From Camelus dromedarius (lineage: Eukaryota), in NCBI RefSeq assembly GCF_036321535.1, contig NC_087436.1, forward strand, positions 2,170,001 to 2,234,000: DNA of 64,000 nt. The letters are read 5' to 3'. The translations under genes were made by a program, and so were the position numbers. Shown here one piece after another: positions 1 to 11,900 of this stretch. Every line of letters starts with the position of its first letter. Within the stretch, counting starts at the first letter, position 1. The notes under the pieces are model-generated. The model searched no databases. It saw only the letters and a list, made by a program, of their open reading frames with translations, and was not told the DNA's origin.

Positions 1-3000
1 AGTACCTCCCCATATATATGTATGGAGTGGAGTTTGCAACTGAAAAGAAACTTTGTGTTCCCAACAAGCTAGGGGAAGGACGGCTTTAACACACAATTTT
101 CTCTCAGAACTAAGCATGTGGAGAGACGTTCGTTCATCTAGCACAAAGGGAACGGGTTGCAGGTGAAACTTTTTCTCTGGTTTCTCAGTCTGTTTCCTAG
201 TGTCGGTTTGAAGTTCCTGCAGTTTTCACTGTAAAACCGAGTTGGAGCTAGTACCTCCCCATATATATGTATGGAGTGGAGTTTGCAACTGAAAAGAAAC
301 TTTGTGTTCCCAACAAGCTAGTTGAAGGACGGCTTTCACACACACTTATCTCTCAGAACTGAGCATGTGGAGAGAAGTTCGTTCATGTAGCACAAAGGGA
401 ACGGGTTGCAGGGGAAACTTTTACTCTGGATTCTCAGTCTGTTTCGTAGTGTCGGTTAGAAGTTCCTGCAGTTTTCACTGTAAAACCGAGCTGGAGCTAG
501 TACTTCCCCTTATATATGTATGGATTGGAGTTTGTAAGTGAAAAGAAACTTTGTGTTCCCAAGAAGCTAGGTGAAGGACGGCTTTCACACACACTTATCT
601 CTCAGAACTGGGCAAGTGGAGAGACGTTCGTTCATCTAGCACAAAGTGAACGGGTTGCAAGAGAAACTTTTTCTCTGGTTTCTCATTCTGTTTCCTGTTG
701 CCGGTTTAAAGTTCCTGCAATTTTCACTGTAAAACCGAGTTGGAGCATGTCCCTCCCCATATATATGTATGGATTGGAGTTTGCAACTGAAAGGAACTAT
801 GTGTTCCAAAGAAGCTAGGTGAAGGACGGCTTTCACACACACTTATCTCTCAGAACTGAGCATGTGGAGAGAAGTTCGTTCATCTAGCACAAAGGGAACG
901 GGTTGCAGGAGAAACTTTTACACATTTTTCTCAGTCTGTTTCCTAGTGCCGTTTTGAAGTGCCTTCAGTTTTCACTGTAAAACACAGTTGGAGCTAGTAC
1001 CTCCCCATATATATGTATGGAGTGGAGTTTGCAACTGAAAAGAAACTTTGTGTTCCCAACAAGCTAGGGGAAGGACGGCTTTAACACACAATTTTCTCTC
1101 AGAACTAAGCATGTGGAGAGACGTTCGTTCATCTAGCACAAAGGGAACGGGTTGCAGGTGAAACTTTTTCTCTGGTTTCTCAGTCTGTTTCCTAGTGTCG
1201 GTTTGAAGTTCCTGCAGTTTTCACTGTAAAACCGAGTTGGAGCTAGTACCTCCCCATATATATGTATGGAGTGGAGTTTGCAACTGAAAAGAAACTTTGT
1301 GTTCCCAACAAGCTAGTTGAAGGACGGCTTTCACACACACTTATCTCTCAGAACTGAGCATGTGGAGAGAAGTTCGTTCATGTAGCACAAAGGGAACGGG
1401 TTGCAGGGGAAACTTTTACTCTGGATTCTCAGTCTGTTTCGTAGTGTCGGTTAGAAGTTCCTGCAGTTTTCACTGTAAAACCGAGCTGGAGCTAGTACTT
1501 CCCCTTATATATGTATGGATTGGAGTTTGTAAGTGAAAAGAAACTTTGTGTTCCCAAGAAGCTAGGTGAAGGACGGCTTTCACACACACTTATCTCTCAG
1601 AACTGGGCAAGTGGAGAGACGTTCGTTCATCTAGCACAAAGTGAACGGGTTGCAAGTGAAACTTTTTCTCTGGTTTCTCATTCTGTTTCCTGTTGCTGGT
1701 TTAAAGTTCCTGCAATTTTCACTGTAAAACCGAGTTGGAGCATGTCCCTCCCCATATATATGTATGGATTGGAGTTTGCAACTGAAAGGAACTATGTGTT
1801 CCAAAGAAGCTAGGTGAAGGACGGCTTTCACACACACTTATCTCTCAGAACTGAGCATGTGGAGAGAAGTTCGTTCATCTAGCACAAAGGGAACGGGTTG
1901 CAGGAGAAACTTTTACACATTTTTCTCAGTCTGTTTCCTAGTGCCGTTTTGAAGTGCCTTCAGTTTTCACTGTAAAACACAGTTGGAGCTAGTACCTCCC
2001 CATATATATGTATGGAGTGGAGTTTGCAACTGAAAAGAAACTTTGTGTTCCCAACAAGCTAGGGGAAGGACGGCTTTAACACACAATTTTCTCTCAGAAC
2101 TAAGCATGTGGAGAGACGTTCGTTCATCTAGCACAAAGGGAACGGGTTGCAGGTGAAACTTTTTCTCTGGTTTCTCAGTCTGTTTCCTAGTGTCGGTTTG
2201 AAGTTCCTGCAGTTTTCACTGTAAAACCGAGTTGGAGCTAGTACCTCCCCATATATATGTATGGAGTGGAGTTTGCAACTGAAAAGAAACTTTGTGTTCC
2301 CAACAAGCTAGTTGAAGGACGGCTTTCACACACACTTATCTCTCAGAACTGAGCATGTGGAGAGAAGTTCGTTCATGTAGCACAAAGGGAACGGGTTGCA
2401 GGGGAAACTTTTACTCTGGATTCTCAGTCTGTTTCGTAGTGTCGGTTAGAAGTTCCTGCAGTTTTCACTGTAAAACCGAGCTGGAGCTAGTACTTCCCCT
2501 TATATATGTATGGATTGGAGTTTGTAAGTGAAAAGAAACTTTGTGTTCCCAAGAAGCTAGGTGAAGGACGGCTTTCACACACACTTATCTCTCAGAACTG
2601 GGCAAGTGGAGAGACGTTCGTTCATCTAGCACAAAGTGAACGGGTTGCAAGTGAAACTTTTTCTCTGGTTTCTCATTCTGTTTCCTGTTGCTGGTTTAAA
2701 GTTCCTGCAATTTTCACTGTAAAACCGAGTTGGAGCATGTCCCTCCCCATATATATGTATGGATTGGAGTTTGCAACTGAAAGGAACTATGTGTTCCAAA
2801 GAAGCTAGGTGAAGGACGGCTTTCACACACACTTATCTCTCAGAACTGAGCATGTGGAGAGAAGTTCGTTCATCTAGCAAAAAGGGAACGGGTTGCAGGA
2901 GAAACTTTTACACATTTTTCTCAGTCTGTTTCCTAGTGCCGTTTTGAAGTGCCTTCAGTTTTCACTGTAAAACACAGTTGGAGCTAGTACCTCCCCATAT

Positions 3001-5722
3001 ATATGTATGGAGTGGAGTTTGCAACTGAAAAGAAACTTTGTGTTCCCAACAAGCTAGGGGAAGGACGGCTTTAACACACAATTTTCTCTCAGAACTAAGC
3101 ATGTGGAGAGACGTTCGTTCATCTAGCACAAAGGGAACGGGTTGCAGGTGAAACTTTTTCTCTGGTTTCTCAGTCTGTTTCCTAGTGTCGGTTTGAAGTT
3201 CCTGCAGTTTTCACTGTAAAACCGAGTTGGAGCTAGTACCTCCCCATATATATGTATGGAGTGGAGTTTGCAACTGAAAAGAAACTTTGTGTTCCCAACA
3301 AGCTAGTTGAAGGACGGCTTTCACACACACTTATCTCTCAGAACTGAGCATGTGGAGAGAAGTTCGTTCATGTAGCACAAAGGGAACGGGTTGCAGGGGA
3401 AACTTTTACTCTGGATTCTCAGTCTGTTTCGTAGTGTCGGTTAGAAGTTCCTGCAGTTTTCACTGTAAAACCGAGCTGGAGCTAGTACTTCCCCTTATAT
3501 ATGTATGGATTGGAGTTTGTAAGTGAAAAGAAACTTTGTGTTCCCAAGAAGCTAGGTGAAGGACGGCTTTCACACACACTTATCTCTCAGAACTGGGCAA
3601 GTGGAGAGACGTTCGTTCATCTAGCACAAAGTGAACGGGTTGCAAGAGAAACTTTTTCTCTGGTTTCTCATTCTGTTTCCTGTTGCCGGTTTAAAGTTCC
3701 TGCAATTTTCACTGTAAAACCGAGTTGGAGCATGTCCCTCCCCATATATATGTATGGATTGGAGTTTGCAACTGAAAGGAACTATGTGTTCCAAAGAAGC
3801 TAGGTGAAGGACGGCTTTCACACACACTTATCTCTCAGAACTGAGCATGTGGAGAGAAGTTCGTTCATCTAGCACAAAGGGAACGGGTTGCAGGAGAAAC
3901 TTTTACACATTTTTCTCAGTCTGTTTCCTAGTGCCGTTTTGAAGTGCCTTCAGTTTTCACTGTAAAACACAGTTGGAGCTAGTACCTCCCCATATATATG
4001 TATGGAGTGGAGTTTGCAACTGAAAAGAAACTTTGTGTTCCCAACAAGCTAGGGGAAGGACGGCTTTAACACACAATTTTCTCTCAGAACTAAGCATGTG
4101 GAGAGACGTTCGTTCATCTAGCACAAAGGGAACGGGTTGCAGGTGAAACTTTTTCTCTGGTTTCTCAGTCTGTTTCCTAGTGTCGGTTTGAAGTTCCTGC
4201 AGTTTTCACTGTAAAACCGAGTTGGAGCTAGTACCTCCCCATATATATGTATGGAGTGGAGTATGCAACTGAAAAGAAACTTTGTGTTCCCAACAAGCTA
4301 GTTGAAGGACGGCTTTCACACACACTTATCTCTCAGAAATGAGCATGTGGAGAGAAGTTCGTTCATGTAGCACAAAGGGAACGGGTTGCAGGGGAAACTT
4401 TTACTCTGGATTCCCAGTCTGTTTCGTAGTGTCGGTTAGAAGTTCCTGCAGTTTTCACTGTAAAACCGAGCTGGAGCTAGTACTTCCCCTTATATATGTA
4501 TGGATTGGAGTTTGCAAGTGAAAAGAAACTTTGTGTTCCCAACAAGCTAGGTGAAGGACGGCTTTCACACACACTTATCTCTCAGAACTGAGCATGTGGA
4601 GAGAAGTTCGTTCATCTAGCACAAAGGGAACGGGTTGCAGGAGAAACTTTTACAAATTTTTCTCAGTCTGTTTCCTAGTGCCGTTTTGAAGTGCCTTCAG
4701 TTTTCACTGTAAAACACAGTTGGAGCTAGTACCTCCCCATATATATGTATGGAGTGGAGTTTGCAACTGAAAAGAAACTTTGTGTTCCCAACAAGCTAGG
4801 GGAAGGACGGCTTTAACACACAATTTTCTCTCAGAACTAAGCATGTGGAGAGACGTTCGTTCATCTAGCACAAAGGGAACGGGTTGCAGGTGAAACTTTT
4901 TCTCTGGTTTCTCAGTCTGTTTCCTAGTGTCGGTTTGAAGTTCCTGCAGTTTTCACTGTAAAACCGAGTTGGAGCTAGTACCTCCCCATATATATGTATG
5001 GAGTGGAGTTTGCAACTGAAAAGAAACTTTGTGTTCCCAACAAGCTAGTTGAAGGACGGCTTTCACACACACTTATCTCTCAGAACTGAGCATGTGGAGA
5101 GAAGTTCGTTCATGTAGCACAAAGGGAACGGGTTGCAGGGGAAACTTTTACTCTGGATTCTCAGTCTGTTTCGTAGTGTCGGTTAGAAGTTCCTGCAGTT
5201 TTCACTGTAAAACCGAGCTGGAGCTAGTACTTCCCCTTATATATGTATGGATTGGAGTTTGTAAGTGAAAAGAAACTTTGTGTTCCCAAGAAGCTAGGTG
5301 AAGGACGGCTTTCACACACACTTATCTCTCAGAACTGGGCAAGTGGAGAGACGTTCGTTCATCTAGCACAAAGTGAACGGGTTGCAAGAGAAACTTTTTC
5401 TCTGGTTTCTCATTCTGTTTCCTGTTGCCGGTTTAAAGTTCCTGCAATTTTCACTGTAAAACCGAGTTGGAGCATGTCCCTCCCCATATATATGTATGGA
5501 TTGGAGTTTGCAACTGAAAGGAACTATGTGTTCCAAAGAAGCTAGGTGAAGGACGGCTTTCACACACACTTATCTCTCAGAACTGAGCATGTGGAGAGAA
5601 GTTCGTTCATCTAGCACAAAGGGAACGGGTTGCAGGAGAAACTTTTACACATTTTTCTCAGTCTGTTTCCTAGTGCCGTTTTGAAGTGACTTCAGTTTTC
5701 ACTGTAAAACACAGTTGGAGCT
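1..5722 (+). repeat. Homogeneous 4-mer higher-order repeat (995 bp = 249+249+249+248): copies at 1, 996, 1991, 2986 and 4728, plus a 3-mer variant at 3981-4727
   Basis: Four distinguishable monomers recur in fixed order: A (ggggaagg/tttaacac/taagc), B (agttgaagg/catgtagc/ttagaag), C (tttgtaagtg/gggcaagt/cctgttg) and D (aaaggaactat/tacacatt/gtgccttcag). ORF markers at 516, 1511, 2506 and 3501 are spaced 995 bp apart; the next, at 5243, is +1742 = 995+747. Confidence 0.97.
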
Positions 5723-5970
5723 AGTACCTCCCCATATATATGTATGGAGTGGAGTTTGCAACTGAAAAGAAACTTTGTGTTCCCAACTAGCTTGGGGAAG
5801 GACGGATTTAACACACACTTATCTCTCAGAACTAAGCATGTGGAGAGACGTTCGTTCATTTAGCACAAAGGGAACGGGTTGCAAGTGAAACTTTTACTCT
5901 AGTTTCTCAGTCTGTTTCCTAGTGTCGGTTGAAGTTCCTGCAGTTTTCACTGTAAAACCGAGTTGGAGCT

Positions 5971-8900
5971 AGTACCTCCCCATATATATGTATGGATTGG
6001 AGTTTGCAACTGAAAAGAAACTTTGTGTTCCCTACAAGCTAGTTGAAGGACGGCTTTCACACACACTTATCTCTCAGAACTGAGCATGTGGAGAAACGTT
6101 CGTTCATCTAGCACAAAGGGAACGGGTTGCAGGAGAAACTTTTACTCTGGTTTCTCAGTCTGTTTCTTAGTGCCGGTTTGAAGATTCTGCAGTTTTCACG
6201 GTAAAACCGTGTTGGAGCTAGTACCTTCGCATATATATGTATGGATTGGAGTTTGCAAGTGAAAAGAAACTTTGTGTTCCCAACAAGCTATGTGAAGGAC
6301 GGCTTTCACACACACTTATCTCTCAGAACTGAGCATGTGGAGAGAAGTTCGTTCATCTAGCACAAAGGGAACGGGTTGCAGGAGAAACTTTTACACATTT
6401 TTCTCAGTCTGTTTCCTAGTGCGGTTTTGAAGTGCCTTCAGTTTTCACTGTAAAACACAGTTGGAGCTAGTACCTCCCCATATATATGTATGGAGTGGAG
6501 TTTGCAACTGATAAGAAACTTTGTGTTCCCAACAAGCTAGGGGAAGGACGGCTTTAACACACAATTATCTCTCAGAACTAAGCATGTGGAGAGACGTTCG
6601 TTCATCTAGCACAAAGGGAACGGGTTGCAGGTGAAACTTTTACTCTGGTTTCTCAGTCTGTTTCCTAGTGTCGGTTAGAAGTTCCTGCAGTTTTCACTGT
6701 AAAACCGAGTTGGAGCTAGTACCTCCCCATATATATGTATGGAGTGGAGTTTGCAACTGAAAAGAAACTTTGTGTTCCCAACAAGCTAGTTGAAGGACGG
6801 CTTTCACACACACTTATCTCTCAGAACTGAGCATGTGGAGAGAAGTTCGTTCATGTAGCACAAATGGAACGGGTTGCGGGGGAAACTTTTACTCTGGATT
6901 CTCAGTATGTTTCCTAGTGTCGGTTAGAAGTTCCTGCAGTTTTCACTGTAAAACCGAGCTGGAGCTAGTACTTCCCCGTATATATGTATGGATTGGAGTT
7001 TGTAAGTGAAAAGAAACTTTGTGTTCCCAAGAAGCTAGGTGAAGTACGGCTTTCACACACAATTATCTCTCAGAACTGAGCATGTGGATAGACGTTCGTT
7101 CATGTAGCACAATGGGAACGGGTTGCAGGGGAAACTTTTACTCTGGATTCTCAGTCTGTTTCCAAGTGTCGTTTTGAAGTTCCTGCAGTTTTCACTGTAA
7201 AACCGAGCTGGAGCTAGTACTTCCCCGTATATATGTATGGATTGGAGTTTGTAAGTGAAAAGAATCTTTGTGTTCCCAAGAAGCTAGGTGAAGGACGGCT
7301 TTCACACTCACGTATCTCTCAGAGCTGAGCATGTGGAGAGACGTTCGTTCACCTAGCACAAAGGGAACGGGTTGCAGGAGGAACTTTTACTCTGGTTTCT
7401 CATTCTGTTTCCTAATGCAGGTTTGAAGTTCCTGCAATTTTCACTGTAAATCCGAGTTGGGGCTAGTACCTCCCCATATATATGGATGGATTGGAGTTCG
7501 CAACTGAAAAGAAACTTTGTGTTCCCAACAAGCTAGGTGAAGGACGGCTTTCACACACACTTATCTCTCAGAACTGAGCATGTGGAGAGAAGTTCGTTCA
7601 TCTAGCACAAAGGGAACGGGTTGCAGGAGAAACTTTTACACATTTTTCTCAGTCTGTTTCCTAGTGCCGTTTTGAAGTGCCTTCAGTTTTCACTGTAAAA
7701 CACAGTTGGAGCTAGTACCTCCCCATATATATGTATGGAGTGGAGTTTGCAACTGAAAAGAAACTTTGTGTTCCCAACAAGCTATGTGAAGGACGGCTTT
7801 CACACACACTTATCTCTCAGATCTGGACAATTGGAGAGACGTTCGTTCATCTAGGAAAAAGTGAACGGTTTGCAGGAGAAATTTTTCTCTGGTTTCTCAG
7901 TCTGTTTCCAAGTGCCGGTTTGATGTTCCTGCAGTTTTCACTGTAAAACCGAGTTGGAGCTTGTACCTCCCCATATATATGTATGGATTGGAGTTTGCAA
8001 CTGAAAAGAAACTGTGTTCCCAACAAGCTAGGTGAAGTACGGCTTTCACACACACTTATCTCTCAGAACTGGGCAAATGGAGGGACGTTCGTTCATCTAG
8101 CACAAAGGGAACGGGTTGCAGGAGAAACTTTTTCTCTGGTTTCTCAGTCTGTTTCCTGTTGCCGTTTTAAAGTTCCTGCAGTTTTCACTGTAAAACCGAG
8201 TTGGGGCTTGTACCACCCCATATATGTGTATGGATTGGAGTTTGCACCTGAAAGGAACTTTGTGTTCCCAAGAAGCTAGGTGAAGGACGGCTTTCACACA
8301 CACTTATCTCTCAGAACTGAGCATGTGGAGAGACGTTCGTTCATCTAGCCCAAAGGGGACGGGTTGCAGGGGAAACTTTTACTCTGGATTCTCAGCCTGT
8401 TTCCTAGTGCCGGTTTGAAGTTCCTGAATTTTTCACTGTAAAACCGATTTGGAGCTAGAACCACCGCATATATATGTATGGATTGGAGTTTGCAAGTGAA
8501 AAGATACTTTGTGTTCCCAACAAGCTAGATGAAGGACAGCTTTCACACACTACTTTCTCTCAGATCTGAGCATGTGGAGAGAAGTTCGTTCATCTAGCAC
8601 AAAGGGAACGGGTTGCAGGAGAACCTTTTACTCTGGTTTCTCAGTCTGTTTCCTAGTGCCGGTTTGAAGTTCCTTCATTTTTCACTGTAAAACAGAGTTG
8701 GAGGTAGTACATCCCCATATATATGTATGAAGTGGAGTTTGCAACTGAAAAGAAAGTTTGTGTTCCCAACAAGCTAGGGGAAGGACGGCTTTCACACACA
8801 CTTATCTCTCAGAACTAAGCATGTGGAGATACGTTCGTTCATCTAGCACAAAGGGAACGGGTTGCAGGAGAAACTTTTACTCTGGTTTCTCAGTGTTTTT

Positions 8901-11900
8901 CCCAGTGCCGGTTTGATGTTCCTGCAGTTTTCACTGTAAAACCGAGTTGGAGCTAGTACCTCCCCATATATATGTATGGATTGGAGTTTGCAAGTGAAAA
9001 GAAACTTTGTGTCCCAACAAGCTAGGTGAAGAACGGCTTTCACACACAGTTATCTCTCAGAACTGAGCATGTGGAGAGACGTTCGTTCACCTAGCAAAAA
9101 GGGAACGGGTTGCAGGAGAAACTTTTACTCTGGTTTCTCAGTCTGTTTCCTAGTGCCGGTTTGAAGTTCCTGCAATTTTCACTGTAAATCCGAGTTGGAG
9201 CTAGTACCTCCCCATATATATGTATGGAGTGGAGTTTGCAACTGAAAAGAAACTTTGTGTTCCCAACAAGCTAGGTGAAGGACGGCTTTCACACACACTT
9301 TTCTCTCAGAACTGGGCAAGTGGAGAGACGTTCGTTCATCTAGCACAAAGGGAACGGGTTGCAGGAGAAAGTTTTTCTCTGGTTTGTCAGTCTGTTTCCT
9401 GTTGCCGATTTAAAGTTCCTGCAGTTTTCACTGTAAAACCGAGTTGGAGCTTGTTCCTCCCCATATATGTGTAAGGATTGGAGTTTGCACCTGAAAGGAA
9501 ATTTGTGTTCACAACAAGCTAGGTGAAGGACGGCTTTCACACACACTTATCTCTCAGAACTGAGAATGTGGAGAGACGTTCGTTCATCTAGACCAAAGGG
9601 AACGGGTTGCTGGAGAAACTTTTACTCTGGTTTCTCAGGCTGTTTCCTACTGCCGGTTTGAAGTTCCTGCATTTTTCACTGTAAAACTGAGATGGAGCTA
9701 GTACCTCCGCATATATATGTATGGATTGGAGTTTGCAAGTGAAAAGAAACTTTGTGTTCCCAACAAGCTAGGTGAAGGACGGCTTTCACACAGAGTTTCT
9801 CTCAGAATTGAGTATGTGGAGAGACGTTCGTTCATCTAGCACAAAGGGAACGGGTTGCAGGAGAAACTTATACTAATTTATCTCAGTCTGTTTCCTAGTG
9901 CCGGTTTGATGTTCCTGCAGTTTTCACTGTAAAACCGAGTTGGGGCTAGTACCTCCCCATATATATGTATGGATTGGAGTTTGCAACTGAAAAGAAACTT
10001 TGTGTTCCCTACAAGCTAGTTGAAGGACGGCTTTCACACACACTTATCTCTCAGAACTGAGCATGTGGAGAAACGTTCGTTCATCTAGCACAAAGGGAAC
10101 GGGTTGCAGGAGAAACTTTTACTCTGGTTTCTCAGTCTGTTTCTTAGTGCCGGTTTGAAGATTCTGCAGTTTTCACGGTAAAACCGTGTTGGAGCTAGTA
10201 CCTTCGCATATATATGTATGGATTGGAGTTTGCAAGTGAAAAGAAACTTTGTGTTCCCAACAAGCTATGTGAAGGACGGCTTTCACACACACTTATCTCT
10301 CAGAACTGAGCATGTGGAGAGACGTTCGTTCATCTAGCACAAAGGGAACGGGTTGCAGGAGAAACTTTTACACATTTTTCTCAGTCTGTTTCCTAGTGCG
10401 GTTTTGAAGTGCCTTCAGTTTTCACTGTAAAACACAGTTGGAGCTAGTACCTCCCCATATATATGTATGGAGTGGAGTTTGCAACTGAAAAGAAACTTTG
10501 TGTTCCCAACAAGCTAGGGGAAGGACGGCTTTAACACACAATTATCTCTCAGAACTAAGCATGTGGAGAGACGTTCGTTCATCTAGCACAAAGGGAACGG
10601 GTTGCAGGTGAAACTTTTACTCTGGTTTCTCAGTCTGTTTCCTAGTGTCGGTTTGAAGTTCCTGCAGTTTTCACTGTAAAACCGAGTTGGAGCTAGTACC
10701 TCCCCATATATATGTATGGAGTGGAGTTTGCAACTGAAAAGAAACTTTGTGTTCCCAACAAGCTAGTTGAAGGACGGCTTTCACACACACTTATCTCTCA
10801 GAACTGAGCATGTGGAGAGAAGTTCGTTCATGTAGCACAAAGGGAACGGGTTGCAGGGGAAACTTTTACTCTGGATTCTCAGTATGTTTCCTAGTGTCGG
10901 TTAGAAGTTCCTGCAGTTTTCACTGTAAAACCGAGCTGGAGCTAGTACTTCCCCGTATATATGTATGGATTGGAGTTTGTAAGTGAAAAGAAACTTTGTG
11001 TTCCCAAGAAGCTAGGTGAAGTACGGCTTTCACACACACTTATCTCTCAGAACTGAGCATGTATGTATAGACGTTCGTTCATGTAGCACAATGGGAACGG
11101 GTTGCAGGGGAAACTTTTACTCTGGATTCTCAGTCTGTTTCCAAGTGTCGTTTTGAAGTTCCTGCAGTTTTCACTGTAAAACCGAGCTGGAGCTAGTACT
11201 TCCCCGTATATATGTATGGATTGGAGTTTGTAAGTGAAAAGAAACTTTGTGTTCCCAAGAAGCTAGGTGAAGGACGGCATTCACACTCACGTATCTCTCA
11301 GAGCTGAGCATGTGGAGAGACGTTCGTTCACCTAGCACAAAGGGAACGGGTTGCAGGAGGAACTTTTACTCTGGTTTCTCATTCTGTTTCCTAATGCAGG
11401 TTTGAAGTTCCTGCAATTTTCACTGTAAATCCGAGTTGGGGCTAGTACCTCCCCATATATATGGATGGATTGGAGTTCGCAACTGAAAAGAAACTTTGTG
11501 TTCCCAACAAGCTAGGTGAAGGACGGCTTTCACACACACTTATCTCTCAGAACTGAGCATGTGGAGAGAAGTTCGTTCATCTAGCACAAAGGGAACGGGT
11601 TGCAGGAGAAACTTTTACACATTTTTCTCAGTCTGTTTCCTAGTGCCGTTTTGAAGTGCCTTCAGTTTTCACTGTAAAACACAGTTGGAGCTAGTACCTC
11701 CCCATATATATGTATGGAGTGGAGTTTGCAACTGAAAAGAAACTTTGTGTTCCCAACAAGCTATGTGAAGGACGGCTTTCACACACACTTATCTCTCAGA
11801 TCTGGACAATTGGAGAGACGTTCGTTCATCTAGGAAAATGTGAACGGTTTGCAGGAGAAATTTTTCTCTGGTTTCTCAGTCTGTTTCCAAGTGCCGGTTT

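Noticed and set aside
12..20. TATA-box promoter in ATATATATG (and TATAAAT variants near 49985 and 54210)
   Set aside because: This is a short AT run within the satellite, with no downstream gene or other support.
128..157. Canonical functional CENP-B box
   Set aside because: The TTCG-to-CGGG spacing is 20 nt instead of 7. It is reported only as a split, speculative motif.
1..249. Primate alpha satellite or mouse major/minor satellite
   Set aside because: Monomer length (249 vs 171, 234 and 120 bp) and sequence do not match.
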